From the human T2T-CHM13v2.0 reference genome, Homo sapiens: a DNA stretch of 64,000 nt. Below the pieces are notes generated by a model that did no database searches, was not told the origin of the DNA, and saw only the letters and a list, made by a program, of their open reading frames with translations. Position 1 is the stretch's first letter; the number at the start of each line of letters is the position of its first letter. The stretch lies in the NCBI RefSeq assembly GCF_009914755.1, contig NC_060927.1. One strand, written 5' to 3'. Both the position numbers and the translations under genes were made by a program. Shown here piece by piece: positions 14,171 through 28,094 of this stretch.

Positions 14171-15182
14171 TTTTCTAATATTTTAAAACTTTCTTTCTGC
14201 TTCTAAGTTTGACTTCTGAATGAGCTAGATTCTTAATTTTACTCAGGATATGCAGGTTCCATCTTTTCACCCAATGCAGGCAGCTTTCCTCTGAGGAGTA
14301 AAAGAATTCCTCCAAAAGGCTAAAGATGGCCTAGGCCTTCACTGTTAGAATGGGGAAATGTTAGTGTACACTTTCAATTATTTGTGAAATCTACATTCAT
14401 GGATCACAGCACTCTGCTTTTGGTGCTCTCCATGAGTCATCAGGTAATAAATTGAAAAATGAAGAGAAGCTGACACAAACATTTCTGTTTTATTTTATTC
14501 ACATGAGCTCTTTTTAAAAAAAATCAACGCAGATGAGCTCTTCGCTGTCTAAAGTTATTTAACACAGACTTTTTAACATCTTATTGAAATGAAAGGAGAA
14601 AAATCAATGATAAACATCCTGTAGATGGGACGTTTGATTTCGATTTGCACCAAATTGTTAGTTATTAAATCCATTATGAAGCTCTCTGCCGTTTGCTTGA
14701 ATTTCTCATTCTTGGCTGCTGAACAAGTGCCTCTGAGCTTTTTGATAATTACTGACAACTTTTTTCCATAGTATATGACTTGTTATTTAAAGATGCACCA
14801 GAGAAGAAATTTTCAAAATATATCCACAATAAATTTGACATCAGAAGGTGTATTTGTTGGTTTGACTGTTGAAACAGTAAAAGAACAGGAATGAATCATT
14901 TTATAGTAACACAAGGCCCTTTCTCTCTCTCTCTCGGCTTGTGTCCTTCGGAATATTTCCTTATATTATATATCCTTTTCATTCTTCCAAAGAAAATTGA
15001 GGTACAAGTTACTAATGTACTTTGGTTATACATTTTCCCTCTGTTCATATGAAACTTTCTTCAGCAATTTGGAAGTGACCTTGGCTGTATTTTGTAATTC
15101 TGAAATCTCCTTGGGGAATATTTAAAGGTAGAACAAATTCAATGGAACCTACATGTAGAGAAATGGGGTATACTGAGGTATG

Positions 15183-15952
<770 letters not shown>

Positions 15953-18288
15953 GTAATTGCCTCCCAAACAAAATTAGATGTTTCAGTGGTCAGATACTTA
16001 AAATTCTGAACTTTGTTCTCATCCATCAAGTGTGTTGCCCAGTTTTCAACAAAATTGTGGCAGGGAGAGGAAGAAGCCAGAGCAAAGGAACTGCTACCAG
16101 CTCCAACCTGATGCATTCATAGTTGATAAAACTAAAGGATAAGAACGTAAAATTAGGAGAATAATCCTGCAGAAGAATTCAAGACATAGGGTAGCCTGGG
16201 TTCATTTAAAATAGACATAAGAAGTTTCTTATCTTTACACTAGGGTACAATAAAGGAGCATAACAGTGGCCTCTGAGTTTTCAAGAAGAAGGAAATTATG
16301 TTCAGTATTTTTTCTAATAAAGAGGAGATAGCGGAAAGATTTATCTTCTGTTTTCATAGTTAAAAATGTGATATTATGTAAAAATGCAAACTCTGATAGG
16401 CCATCTGGACAACTTTACACTAGAGAAGAGTTTCTGAGACTTTTAGATTTTACAAGACTCCACCTTTTTTTTTTTTTAACAAGGAAACAAATATGTGAAT
16501 GTACTGGAAAAATTTCATCCGTGTTTACCATCATTTTATATAGAAGGTCATTTTAGTACTCAAAAGAATTAGCCATACAATTTTAAAATTAAAAGTCTTT
16601 CAGTTGAGGAAAAGTTAAACTTTATGAAAAAAAATCATATTTTTTCATTTTTTTTTCCATTATGGTGCAAATGCATGCAAAAACTTGGTCACAGATCAGC
16701 ACCAGCCCAGGGATGAATGTTGAGAGACTGCTGTGAAGGATTTTGAATATCTGGGATTTGCTTTTTTTTTTTTTTTTAATCTTTTCCAAGCATATATGCC
16801 ATTCCTATTTGCTTGGTAGCTGTTGTGTGTTACCAGCCCACTGTCAGTTACATACATGATGTGATTTGTTGTGTGTGGTGTTTCTCCTCTGTTGTCTGCA
16901 GTAATTGTCTTGTTTTTGGGTTAAGGTTGGGATGGCAGACACTATGCATATGCTATCATTGACTCCATCCTATGCCAATGTCAAACTATTCACAGAATTT
17001 TTACTGTTAAGACTAAAAATGATACCAGATCCTGTCTCAGCACAACGTTTAGGAAAGCCACATCCAATCCATCAAAGCTAGCACATAAAATCCCTCTGTT
17101 CTTCTTGAGTTAGATATTATTCCCAGAAGGCCTTCATGAAAATGTGCTTGTTATGTGAAAGGGGAAACTTATTGACATATCAGTTCAGAATAACCAGGTT
17201 GTTACATGGCAAAGAGAGGAGTACCAATGGAATAAAATAGAAGTCAATTATCGTTTAAAGCCCTTCAAAGAGCAACCTGAAGGCAACTTCTGAGTGGAGG
17301 TGAGAATACTATCAAACGCATTGGCATTGAGCTCATGCAGCTCCCCAGCTCAGATGCTCCCGATGGTTTCTCATGCACTCATCAAATTTAGTGGAGCCTT
17401 CTCAATCTGGATTTCCACCAAATATACTGGACAAACTTCAGCAAATCTGTCATTGATCCCAGATGTTGATGCATTTCCATCTCTGGGCTTTGATGCTTAA
17501 GTGTTCTAGGTAGGTCATTGCATATCAGTACAACTATTAGGAGAATATTGTGTAAATCCATCTCTTAAGCACCATCTCTTCCATGAGTTCCTTCCAGAAA
17601 TCTTTGCTTTTTTCCTCCCTCCTAAATAATGTCATAAAATGACCTTTCCTATGCTTCCGTAAGGAGCATTCTCAGGATTAGAACTAACCACAGTGTTAAA
17701 TAGAACAACCTGGAAGTGTTCAAACTGTGGTAGGACAGAGTCTAAAATATATATTTATTGTAATCATAATTTTACTTAAATCCATTTAAGTAAAAAATAT
17801 ATATGTAAGGACATTAGGAACATGAAAAATAGTTACCCATAATCCCAGAAAACAAACGCATTGACATTTTGTTGCATTTCTTTCCTGACTCTTTTTTTTT
17901 GGGTGAGGGGAGTTCTATATATTGTTATATATTTATATTTCACTCACACAACAAGTACTTATTGTGTGAGTGCTATATGCTGTGTGCTAGGCACACTTTT
18001 CTAGACAAATACAGAAACATGTTTGTTTTCATGTAATGTGATTTTATATTCATATACATGCATATGTGTGAGATTTCATAGTTTCTGAAACATCATTCAA
18101 CATTAGTGTACGCAAGTTTATACAATATTGATGGATTGGATGTGGCTTTCCTGAATGTTGTGCTGAGATAGGATCTGGTATCATTTTTTGGCCTTAACAG
18201 TAAAAATTCTTGTGAATAGTTTGACATTGGCATATGATGGAGTCAATGATGCCTATGTATAGTGTCTGCTACCTCAAACTTAAACTAA

Positions 18289-18700
<412 letters not shown>

Positions 18701-21700
18701 TAGATACATATTTTACCTCTATTAGCGATACCTGACAAAAAAAAGCTGGCTTCATTGTCCCTTAACTTATATTTTAAATTAACTCACATTTTATAGGGTA
18801 AAAACATGCTACACAATCATAGTATTAATTTGCTTTTGTTTGATTTCTAATAAGGATGATGTTTTTAAAATATTGACTAGTTGGAAATTGCCAACTTTTA
18901 TGGATTTAAATTACCCCTTTCTAGATTGTTCTTAGTTATTCTCCCATTAATAATTGTGTTCTCTTTAACAAGGATGGCAATCTGTTATTTTTACATATTT
19001 TCAAACATTACAGTTCATTCTTTCATTTTATCTATGTTTTTATAACATGCAAAAGCTTAAAAAACAATTTATGAGCACAGTGTCATTGCTTGTCCTCTTT
19101 GTGATTTTTCTCTTCTACAGTAATTATAAAAACTCTTCTTCTCTTCAGAGATTTGATGAATATCCAACTTCAGTTTTTCAATAGTTTGTTTTAAAAAAAT
19201 ATTTAAGTATAGTCCAGCCAAATCTGTTTTGGTAAATGATGTGAGGTGAGGCTCTAAATGGGTTTTCCCTCAAATTACTAAATATTTATTAAAATAAAAT
19301 TTATTGAATAATTGATCATCCCCTGTGATTTGTGTTGTACTATCCAGGATTTAAATTTTACAGAGAGTACACTACACTCTCTCTCGTCAAAAGAACCAGT
19401 TTGAAATCTAAAAATCAAAATACTTCTTAAAAATGCAAAATATTGTGATATTCATGTCTAATTCAGGGTATACATGGCAGATATTTTGAAATAACTCTCC
19501 AAGTAGAGAAAAACATTAAAATCACTATTGTACCAATTTCAGAATATGCTTTCAATGTCTCCTTTGTAGACAGAAACTTTAGACTGCCGTACAAATGACA
19601 GGGTAGCTTCAGTTGTGCAAGATAGTTTTCAGCAACATTATGGAGTCATACTATAGGCATGAATTATTAGCACAAATATTTATTAAATAACTAGAAGGAT
19701 GTTAATAGTAATATTATTGGTAATAGTGTAAAAATAAACTAAGCTTCATAAAGAGGAAACTCTCTCTAAAAACCAAGCATTACATAACAATTATTAAAAC
19801 TGATTTTAGAATGTCAATAACCTGAAAATATTCATAGAATATTATTAAGTTAAAACATAAAGTAGTTCATAAAAGAGAAGGTACAGTATGACCTCATATT
19901 GGTAAGACAAAAAATATATAGTGTTTTATGCTCAAATGTTATTTTTTCTATGTAAATCAGAGGAAAAATATTTGAAATATCTCTAACACATCATTATGAA
20001 GATCACCTAATTTTCTTCATGTGGATATAGTATATATCTACATAAACACACCAGGATTAAGTAGCTGCCTGCAGTAGTTCTTACCTTGATTCTAATTTCT
20101 AACTATACATGGACAATTTGCATTAGGGGAAATTACTTTGAAGAGGTTGGATCAACAGCATAAAAACACCAGATTTTACTTTCTTAGGATACTGGGTTTT
20201 TGTTCAAACAGTAAAGTGAAACTCAAACACAAACCTCCTGTCTTCCTTTGTCTGTGCCATTAACAAAATTTTGTGATAAACTTTCAGGAAGCACTCAGCA
20301 TCCTCTCAAACACACCCCAAAACACTATACCATTCATTTCTAAGCTAAGCAGAAGAAAGGCAAAAAGTGCATCCCAATAAAAAAACCTTGGGGTAAATGG
20401 TTATGTTGAAGTATCCATGCAGAATCTCTTGTTGGGTTTTTTGCCTTGTTCTTAATGTACTTCATGGCCACTGTCTGGAGTTACGGATCAACTGATGGCC
20501 ACAGGAACAAGGCACTCAGTATAATTTGTTTGGCCTTTAAAAATTCTGCCCTCATAAAAACTGTATTTAGTGTGATTCTGCTATTTTTGTCATTTTGTAT
20601 TTGCTGACCACTAGAGACATTGATAGTATTCTATTATGCCAGGTAAAATATCCTGCTCTTAGAGCAAAATATTTTAAGATAGTGGTGGATTAACAGTGCA
20701 AAAGAAAAAATGACGAGTAAGGCTCTGGAGTTCTCTAGAGATACTAAATTTTCCTATGGAAAGAGCCCTCACGAATGTGACAAAGAGAATGTATATTTTA
20801 TTTGGGGGATGTAGGAAATCTTTTTGCCCAGAAAGCTAGTTTTTACCCACTGACTAATACAAAACATGACTAAAAAGTAATCTGAGAAATCCCACAAGCC
20901 ACATGTGACAATCAGTTTCATCACGTTATAGTCACATCTCATATTCCCTTTATCTCATGCTGTGCCAATCTCAGAAAGGGCCACTGGAATTGGAAACAAT
21001 AATTGAAGCTTTGAATTCAATGCCAAACAGTAATGTTAATATTCCATTTTGTTAGCATTATAGATAAGGGTGATGGTGGGGGGTGAGGAAAGCTTATATT
21101 TTTGTGAAGTGTATGGAAAACTAGTATGAAAGGAAGGACTGTTATGGTGAAGATGGAATGGAAAAAAAAAGAACAGTGTTTCATTTTAAGTGTTAGATTT
21201 ACGCATAAGTGATATTAAAAGTATTTAATATCCCATACAGCACAGAAAATCCACAAATTCAGAGTAGGTGCCAGAGCTGCCAGTGTCTTCAAGGTTGTCT
21301 GCTACTAGGCATTAACATGCCAAAGGTGGACTGGGAGAGGTCTGGGAAGTCCTGGACAGCGGGTGAGAGCAGCCCTGAAGGTGGGTGCTACTCAGGGATC
21401 TCAGGACAGAGACTATTTTCCAGTCAGTATAAAAATATATCAATATTTTAACAACTGGAATGCATAGAAGAAGCTAAAGTTATTTCAGAGAATTTATTTG
21501 GGGAGTTGTGCCCAGGATTTCAGATTCCCAAGTATTGTTCAGAGCTTAGAATCCAAATGTTTTTAATTTTGAGAGAGTTCTTCCAGGAATTTCTTGCTGT
21601 CCCTTTTTTTGTGAGTCCCAGGATCCTCGGACTGACCTTTCAGCTGACTTTGGTTGCTCATGCTTCCCGGCACAAGTCCTAAGAGAGGCAATTTCCATTG

Positions 21701-22024
21701 GCCTATTGAAATGATTAACAAGATCATTTTCATGTTGCTCCTGGTAGAAACAGCTGTCAAGATAGTGACCTTGTCCTAGGACTGCTGGCCTCCTCTGAAT
21801 CCCTCCTCTAAGGCTGATGGCTTGTGCCCACAGCCACCTATCAGTGCTTCTCTTTAAGTTCCTGAGCAGCTCTAATAGCCATGCTGAGCCCCAAAATCTG
21901 GGCCTGACTTGGAGGAAACACCACTTACCATAGGCACCTTTTTAAATTGTTCATTAAAGGTGTCAAAACACACATTTGTTCCATGGACAGAAAACTCCAC
22001 TTGCCCTAGGAAGATACACTCACT

Positions 22025-22209
22025 GACAGGCCCTGGTGTGTGATGCTCCCCGCCCTGCGTCCATGTGTTCTCATTGTTCCATTCCCACCTATGAGTGAGA
22101 ACATGCGGTGTTTGGTTTTCTGTCCTTGTGAAAGTTTGCTTAGAATGATGGTTAACATAAAATTCCTTTAACTTTGTCAGAAGGAAGAAGTAGGAGAATT
22201 GATCTCCAG
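22025..22209. repeat. Upstream copy of 185-bp segment (L1PA 3'UTR fragment plus unique flank), duplicate of 22901-23085
   Basis: Ungapped alignment to 22901-23085 with 8 substitutions, including the L1/unique junction ...atgatggtt|aacataaaattcc... Confidence 0.97.
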
Positions 22210-22459
22210 CAGGCTTCCTTAAACCCGCTAATGGCTTCACCTACATTTGTATTTTAACACATCTGCCCTTATCTAATATTTGGATTTTCATCTTAGTGTT
22301 TTGTTTGTTTGTTTGTTTTGTCACTTTTGGGAGCAGAGATCGTTTGTTTCTGAGCATCATTTGTTTTCTACAGAACATATGCCTGATTTAACCGTAAATA
22401 ACCTGCTCTATAAAGTAAGTTTCCACTTATTTTCTCTCTCTCTCCCTCTCTCTTTCTCA

Positions 22460-22575
22460 TTTTAGATAGAGTTTTCTCTACCTTGCCCAGACTGAACTTG
22501 AACTCTGGGGCTCAAGGTGATCCTCCAGCTCCTGAGGGGCTGGTGATTACAGGTGCATGCCACCATGCTCAGCTC
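22460..22575 (-). mobile_element. Alu monomer (FLAM-like)
   Basis: ttgcccagactgaacttgaactctggggctcaaggtgatcctcc...gattacaggtgcatgccaccatgctcagct. Confidence 0.8.
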
Positions 22576-22717
22576 TTATTTGTCTCATTTTTTCTTGGGA
22601 AGTTTAACTTTAAGCCACCCTAAATACGTCTCCATGATTTTTACGGTCGATAAAATTGTTTCCATTTTTAATCAAATTGAAAAAATATTTTATTTTAAAA
22701 TGTTTTCCTCACCAAGC

Positions 22718-23029
22718 TTTTTTAAATTATTTATTTCTTTTTTTTTTAAATTATACTTTAAGTTCTAGGGTACACGTGCACAACGTGCAGGTTTGTTACA
22801 CAGGTATACATGTGCCATGTTGGTTTGTTGCACTCATCAACTGGTCATTTACATTAGGTATTTCTCCTAATGCTATCCCTTCCCCAGCCCCCCACACCCC
22901 GACAGGCCCCGGTGTGTGATGTTCCCCGCCCTGTGTCCATGTGTTCTCATTGTTCAATGCCCACCTATGAGTGAGAACATACAGTGTTTGGTTTTCTGTC
23001 CTTGTGATAGTTTGCTTAGAATGATGGTT
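22718..23029 (-). mobile_element. L1PA (about PA5-7) 3'UTR, heavily 5'-truncated
   Basis: ttatactttaagttctagggtacacgtgcacaacgtgcaggtttgttac...ttgcttagaatgatggtt. Confidence 0.95.
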
Positions 23030-23944
23030 AACATAAAATTCCTTTAACTTTGTCAGAAGGAAGAAGTAGGAGAATTGATCTCCAGGTGAGGTAATTTTAT
23101 AAACTGATGATTACACAAAAAGAGAAAGAAAGGCGGCACAAGTATTACACAAAAAGGTAGAGATAATGATAAATTCTGTTAAAATTAATGTAGGGAAATG
23201 CAAATCACTCTGAGAAAAATCATAGTAGAAATATTTCTGATAGATCGATGGGATCTCTTTTTAATTGCTTTTCAGTTCTCCTATTACTTGTCTTCCTAGG
23301 CTTTAAAACTTTAAAAATAAGCAAAGAATAGGAATCATTTTCCAAAAGCTTTCAAAAATCTGACATTGATTCATTGATATACAACCCATTAGCCTAGAAT
23401 TTCATCTCTTCATCTATCATTTCAATTATCCCCTGATTTCTCTGGGGCATTTGATAAATGGGAGACCATTTACATTTGGTGCATTAATGACCTTGGTACA
23501 TTTTGAAAATGTGTCCCCTGCCCCCATTATATATGTATGTTTTTTAAAGCTACCTACTAGGTCTTCAAGCATGCTAAGGGACAGAATGACATCCATGTAA
23601 CTCCATTACTTGGACATCATTAAAAAATAAAATTCTGAAAATGTGGTGTTTCCATGATGATATGATGTTATTACATCTATAAAAATAAGTAACTATTTAA
23701 GGGTTAAAAGATACCTATAGAAAAAGAAGCAGAAGGATATTGTTCCAAATAAATGTGGACATTTTGGTTTTCTTCCACTTTTGAGTCTACTGCCCAAAGC
23801 ATTTTATATTAGAGTTCGTTACAAAACAAGGTGTTTTTGTTTTAGTGGTGATTTTTTTAATCTATTTTTTTTTACCATGGTGAGAAATTTGTTTTTCTAA
23901 AATCCTTTGTTGGCTTGCCCCCAAATGTACAACAACCAAAAGCC

Positions 23945-24085
23945 ACATTATATATAAGATATATAGTAAATATATTGTTTATATAAAATATAAAGTATAT
24001 ATAAACTATATATTTATATATAATATATTAAATATTTTATATTATATAATACTTAATGTTAAATGTTTACATATGTTATATATTG
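23945..24085. repeat. AT-rich low-complexity (TA)n-like tract
   Basis: Nearly pure A/T with degenerate TATA repeats. Confidence 0.8.
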
Positions 24086-25119
24086 TGTGTATGTTTCTTT
24101 CAGGGAGGGGAGGGTGGTGTGGTAGAGGGGCACACCAGTAGGCTGTGCTCTACCATTACTCTAGCAGCCTCAGATGAAGCAGAGATGCTCCAAATGAAGC
24201 TGTCACCCGGTTTTCTTGAATATAATTTGGTCATCAAGATATTTGAATTGGAAACACTCTGGAAGAAATAAGTGTCTACTATGAAGGAGCTATTGGGCAT
24301 TTCTACTGCCTTTGAGCTCCCAAAGTTTAAATTTTGTGAGCAATAGTTAACAGTCTAGTTCTTTAAGAATACTATCTCTCTACAGAATACTATCTAACTA
24401 GTGTGAGACCCTGGCTTTCAATTTTTTTTATATTATTTGAAACACACCAATTATCTTCATTGAAAAGAAATTTATATTTCTTCAATGAACTTATATCAAA
24501 TATGAAGAATCATTTATGCTTTTGTCTCTTTTCCTGGTTTTTTGTCTTTGATTTCCTGGTTAATTTTGTGATGTTGCTTGCCACATCTTTGATAAAATAA
24601 AATTCTGTAAAATAAGAATAAACATATTTTTGTTAAAGGTGCTTTGAAATTATTAAATAAGAGATTTGAGTTGAACACTTTAGAGAATTGGTAAATCAAC
24701 AACATTTCTGAGAAACAAAAGCTATTGATATTTTTCTTTGAATGTAATATTTAAGTTCGTATCTCAATGCAAGCAAATAATTTTAGGGCTAAAATAGTAG
24801 CTTACAGGTCAGTTAATTCACCATCTTCACTCCCTTGTAGAAACTGAGATATTTGAGGTAAGACTGTGGGATAATATTTATTACTAGACAAAAGTTTCTT
24901 TATAACTTTGTCAAAATCCAGAAGGTAATGGTTGGATTTGACTTGAGGAGAACTCCTGAGTTTCAGCTCTGTTTCCCAGCTCTTCAAGGTTACAGTCTAG
25001 TCTGTTTTGACAGATGGCTCCTTTATGTCCAGGGCCTCTGAGCGGACATGTGCAAACCTGGAATGCACTAGAAAAGGTCAAGTGTTCATTGCGATATAGC
25101 CCTCAATTGTTATCTTTTC

Positions 25120-25248
25120 GGATGACAAGGATATATTCTATTTATCTATATATCTTCTGGCACCTAACACAATGTTTAGCACATACAAGGCACTTCATAA
25201 TTTTTGATGAGTGAATAAATGAGTGAAAGAATGGCTGAATGAATGAAC
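25120..25248 (+). mobile_element. L2 3' end fragment
   Basis: gcacctaacacaatgtttagcacatacaaggcacttc...gagtgaataaatgagtgaa...gaatgaatgaa. Confidence 0.65.
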
Positions 25249-26252
25249 ACTTTGTTTACTTAGAGGTTACTAGAGCCATTTACAAATCATATGGGAAATA
25301 CTCAGGATGCAGATAGTAAAGAAAAAAAAAAAAGACTCAATGCCAGTGAGCCACAGAAATTAAAGTCAAGAGAGAAAATTGGAAATCATGAGATTTATTT
25401 ATGTGGGAAATTTTAATTTCTGTTCAGGTAACTCAGATTTACTTCTTTGGCTTTTCTCTTTTGGGACAGGCGTCACCGGAGCACCAGCCAAATGTCGAAG
25501 TTGGGAACTGGGTTCTTTATTGTTAGGCGTAGACTGGTACAAGCATTTTCTGCCAGAAGTATCAGTTGAAATCTGGGCCCAAGGGGCCAGCCTAGGAAAA
25601 GAGAAAAGGTGAGGTTCAGCTACCAGAAAGGAGCTGAACAAGGAGCCAAAAGAGAGAATCCAGGTCAAGAACACAAAACTAAGATTTTAAGTTCTGTTAG
25701 ACACAGGGATCACAGTAAAGCAGACTGTTAACAAGCAAGGAGGAGGAAAAGGTAAAGAGTCCTGAACAGTTGCCTCAAATTTCAACCTATTATTTTGTCT
25801 CAATTTTCTGAACTCACCGATGAGGTATGTGGAAAGATCAAGCAGAGTTGACAAATGTTTTCAGACTTGCTACTCCACTGATGAGCAGCCTTGAATTTCC
25901 AATTGCATGCTGGACTTTCTCCCGAGTGTTTCTTTGGCACTGCATATTTAACATATCTAAAATGAAAAATAACTTCCCTTGTATTTTATTGTCAGAAAAA
26001 ATAGTCCAAGATTGGAAATGGGTGAAAAAGATTATAGGGTGTCTATCCTTTCAGTGGAGCGCTAAGCATTTCTGAAAGCTTAGAAGTTAAGTTGTTAGAA
26101 AACTGATAGCCATGCAAATGATTCCTCTTTTGTCCCATTGAGACAGAATTGATTTCTCCTCTATGGAAAAGATGATCCAAATCACTGTATTGCCTTTTAC
26201 ATGATATGAATCAGCTTGGCATATATTAGGAAATTATTTCAGGATTCCTGAT

Positions 26253-26258
<6 letters not shown>

Positions 26259-26305
<47 letters not shown>
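26259..26305. repeat. (TG)23 microsatellite
   Basis: Perfect dinucleotide run. Confidence 0.98.
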
Positions 26306-26308
<3 letters not shown>

Positions 26309-26787
26309 ACTGGTTTGTTAATAAGTTGAATAAAATCTTTAACATATTCAATTTGCAGGAGAGTCATGTTTTTAACTTTTTGAAAATTATATTAACATCC
26401 TTATTAACTATTAATGTTTCCACCATCCTAAACGCTTGGTACCATTGAACTTTCTACTTCTCTGGATCTCCATTATATAATCAGTTTCCAAGTTAAATGC
26501 TCCTCACTTCAATCCCTTTTTCACTGTTAATGAGTCAGTTTGAGTCCCTGCTATTTTGCACTAAGGCTGATCCAATGATCCAATACTCTCCAAAGTGATC
26601 TTCCAAATCTGTCTCCCACACCATTACACTCCAAACTGAAAAGCCAAATCTTTCCATTTAAACCTAGGTCATTGGGACTTTTTTGGCTCAAAAATCTCAT
26701 TTGACTTCCTATTAACTAACAAATCCAGTCCCCAAATGCCAGCTTCTTAATAGAGATCCCAGTTACCTTCCTAGGCCTATATTCACT

Positions 26788-27178
26788 TGGATTAGTGAGC
26801 TAGAGGTGCCGTAACAAACTAACACAGATGGAGTGTCTTAAACAACAGAAATTTATTTCCTTATGATCTGGAGGCTAGAAGTCCAAGATCAAACTGCTGG
26901 GAGGATTGATTTCTTCCAAGGGCCTCTCTCCTTGGCCCATAGATGGTCATCTCTGTCAGTGTCTTCATAGGTTCCTCCCTCTCTGTCTGTCTGTCTGTGT
27001 CATATTCTCCCTTTCTCATAAGGATACCAGTGAAATTGGGTTAGGACCCACCCATATCATCTAATTTTGTTTTAATTATCTCTTTAAAGGCCGTATTTCT
27101 AAATACAGTCATGTTCTAAAATACTGGGGTTAGGACTTCAAAATGTGAATTTTGGAGGAAAAAATTTAGCCCATAAAA
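26788..27178 (-). mobile_element. MLT1B-like MaLR solo LTR
   Basis: cttaaacaacagaaatttattt...ctggaggctagaagtccaagatcaa...tactggggttaggacttcaa...tttagcccataa. Confidence 0.88.
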
Positions 27179-28094
27179 CTCCTAAAGAAAGAAAATAAAA
27201 ATACATGTTTGTTGAATGCATACCATGAGTCAAGCACTGCATTTTATACTTTCACATAAGTTAAAAAATGATTGATTCATTTTTCCTGAATTATCCCAAT
27301 CCAGATTTTACTTGTAATATATCACCTCAGCTAAGATTCCTTCCTTGTTAAGAATCCTGGTGTCCTCCTCTGAGAGGACACATTTTTCCCTTTTACACTA
27401 CTTTCACATTCTTCCTGGTTTGATGATTATTTTGTACTTTATTTTTTCCAACAATGCATTATTAATTCCTTGAAGTCAAGGCCATTAATGACTCTTAGAA
27501 TGCCTGTGAAGTATATGACCTGTTGTTCAGAATATAAATATTTGTTAAATAAAGAACTCAAAGGAAGAAGGGAAAAGTTTATAAAAGAAAGAAGGGAGTA
27601 TGACCAAGGTTTTTTGGCAAGGGGTGGATGAGGCAAGGGAAAGAATCATGAAAGATGTTCGAGAAGAACCAAAATTATAAGGCTATTAAGTCAGAGGTTA
27701 GTAATATATCACATTTGGAACCTAGAGGTTCTAAGACTCTAGACTTTTTATCTTTTAATTGATGGTGTTCTTAGTAAATTATATTCCATTTAAATAGCTT
27801 CACACCATAAAGATAAATGTTTTAATTCTGACATCAAATTATTTTAGTATTGGTCCTCATTTCCATTCTATCACCTTGTTTTGAAGATCTGCTTTCAGTT
27901 AGATCCTTTGTCTTTCACAATCAGCTGGGGTGTGGCTTAGGAGGACAACTTAAATGTGTTCTGCAATTTGCCGATTTGGTCTGGTTTTTGAAGCATGAAA
28001 AGATTTGAAGGCCCCAGCTAATGTGTATTACACATGCCACACCCCCTCAACTATGTCTCAGATTTGTGAGGGTGTGATCTATAACTCCATCTAC

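Noticed and set aside
22025-22209. All 8 mismatches fall in the L1 part and none in the 56-nt unique part
   Set aside because: Probability is about (129/185)^8 = 0.06 and several changes are CpG-type; too weak to claim constraint or conversion.
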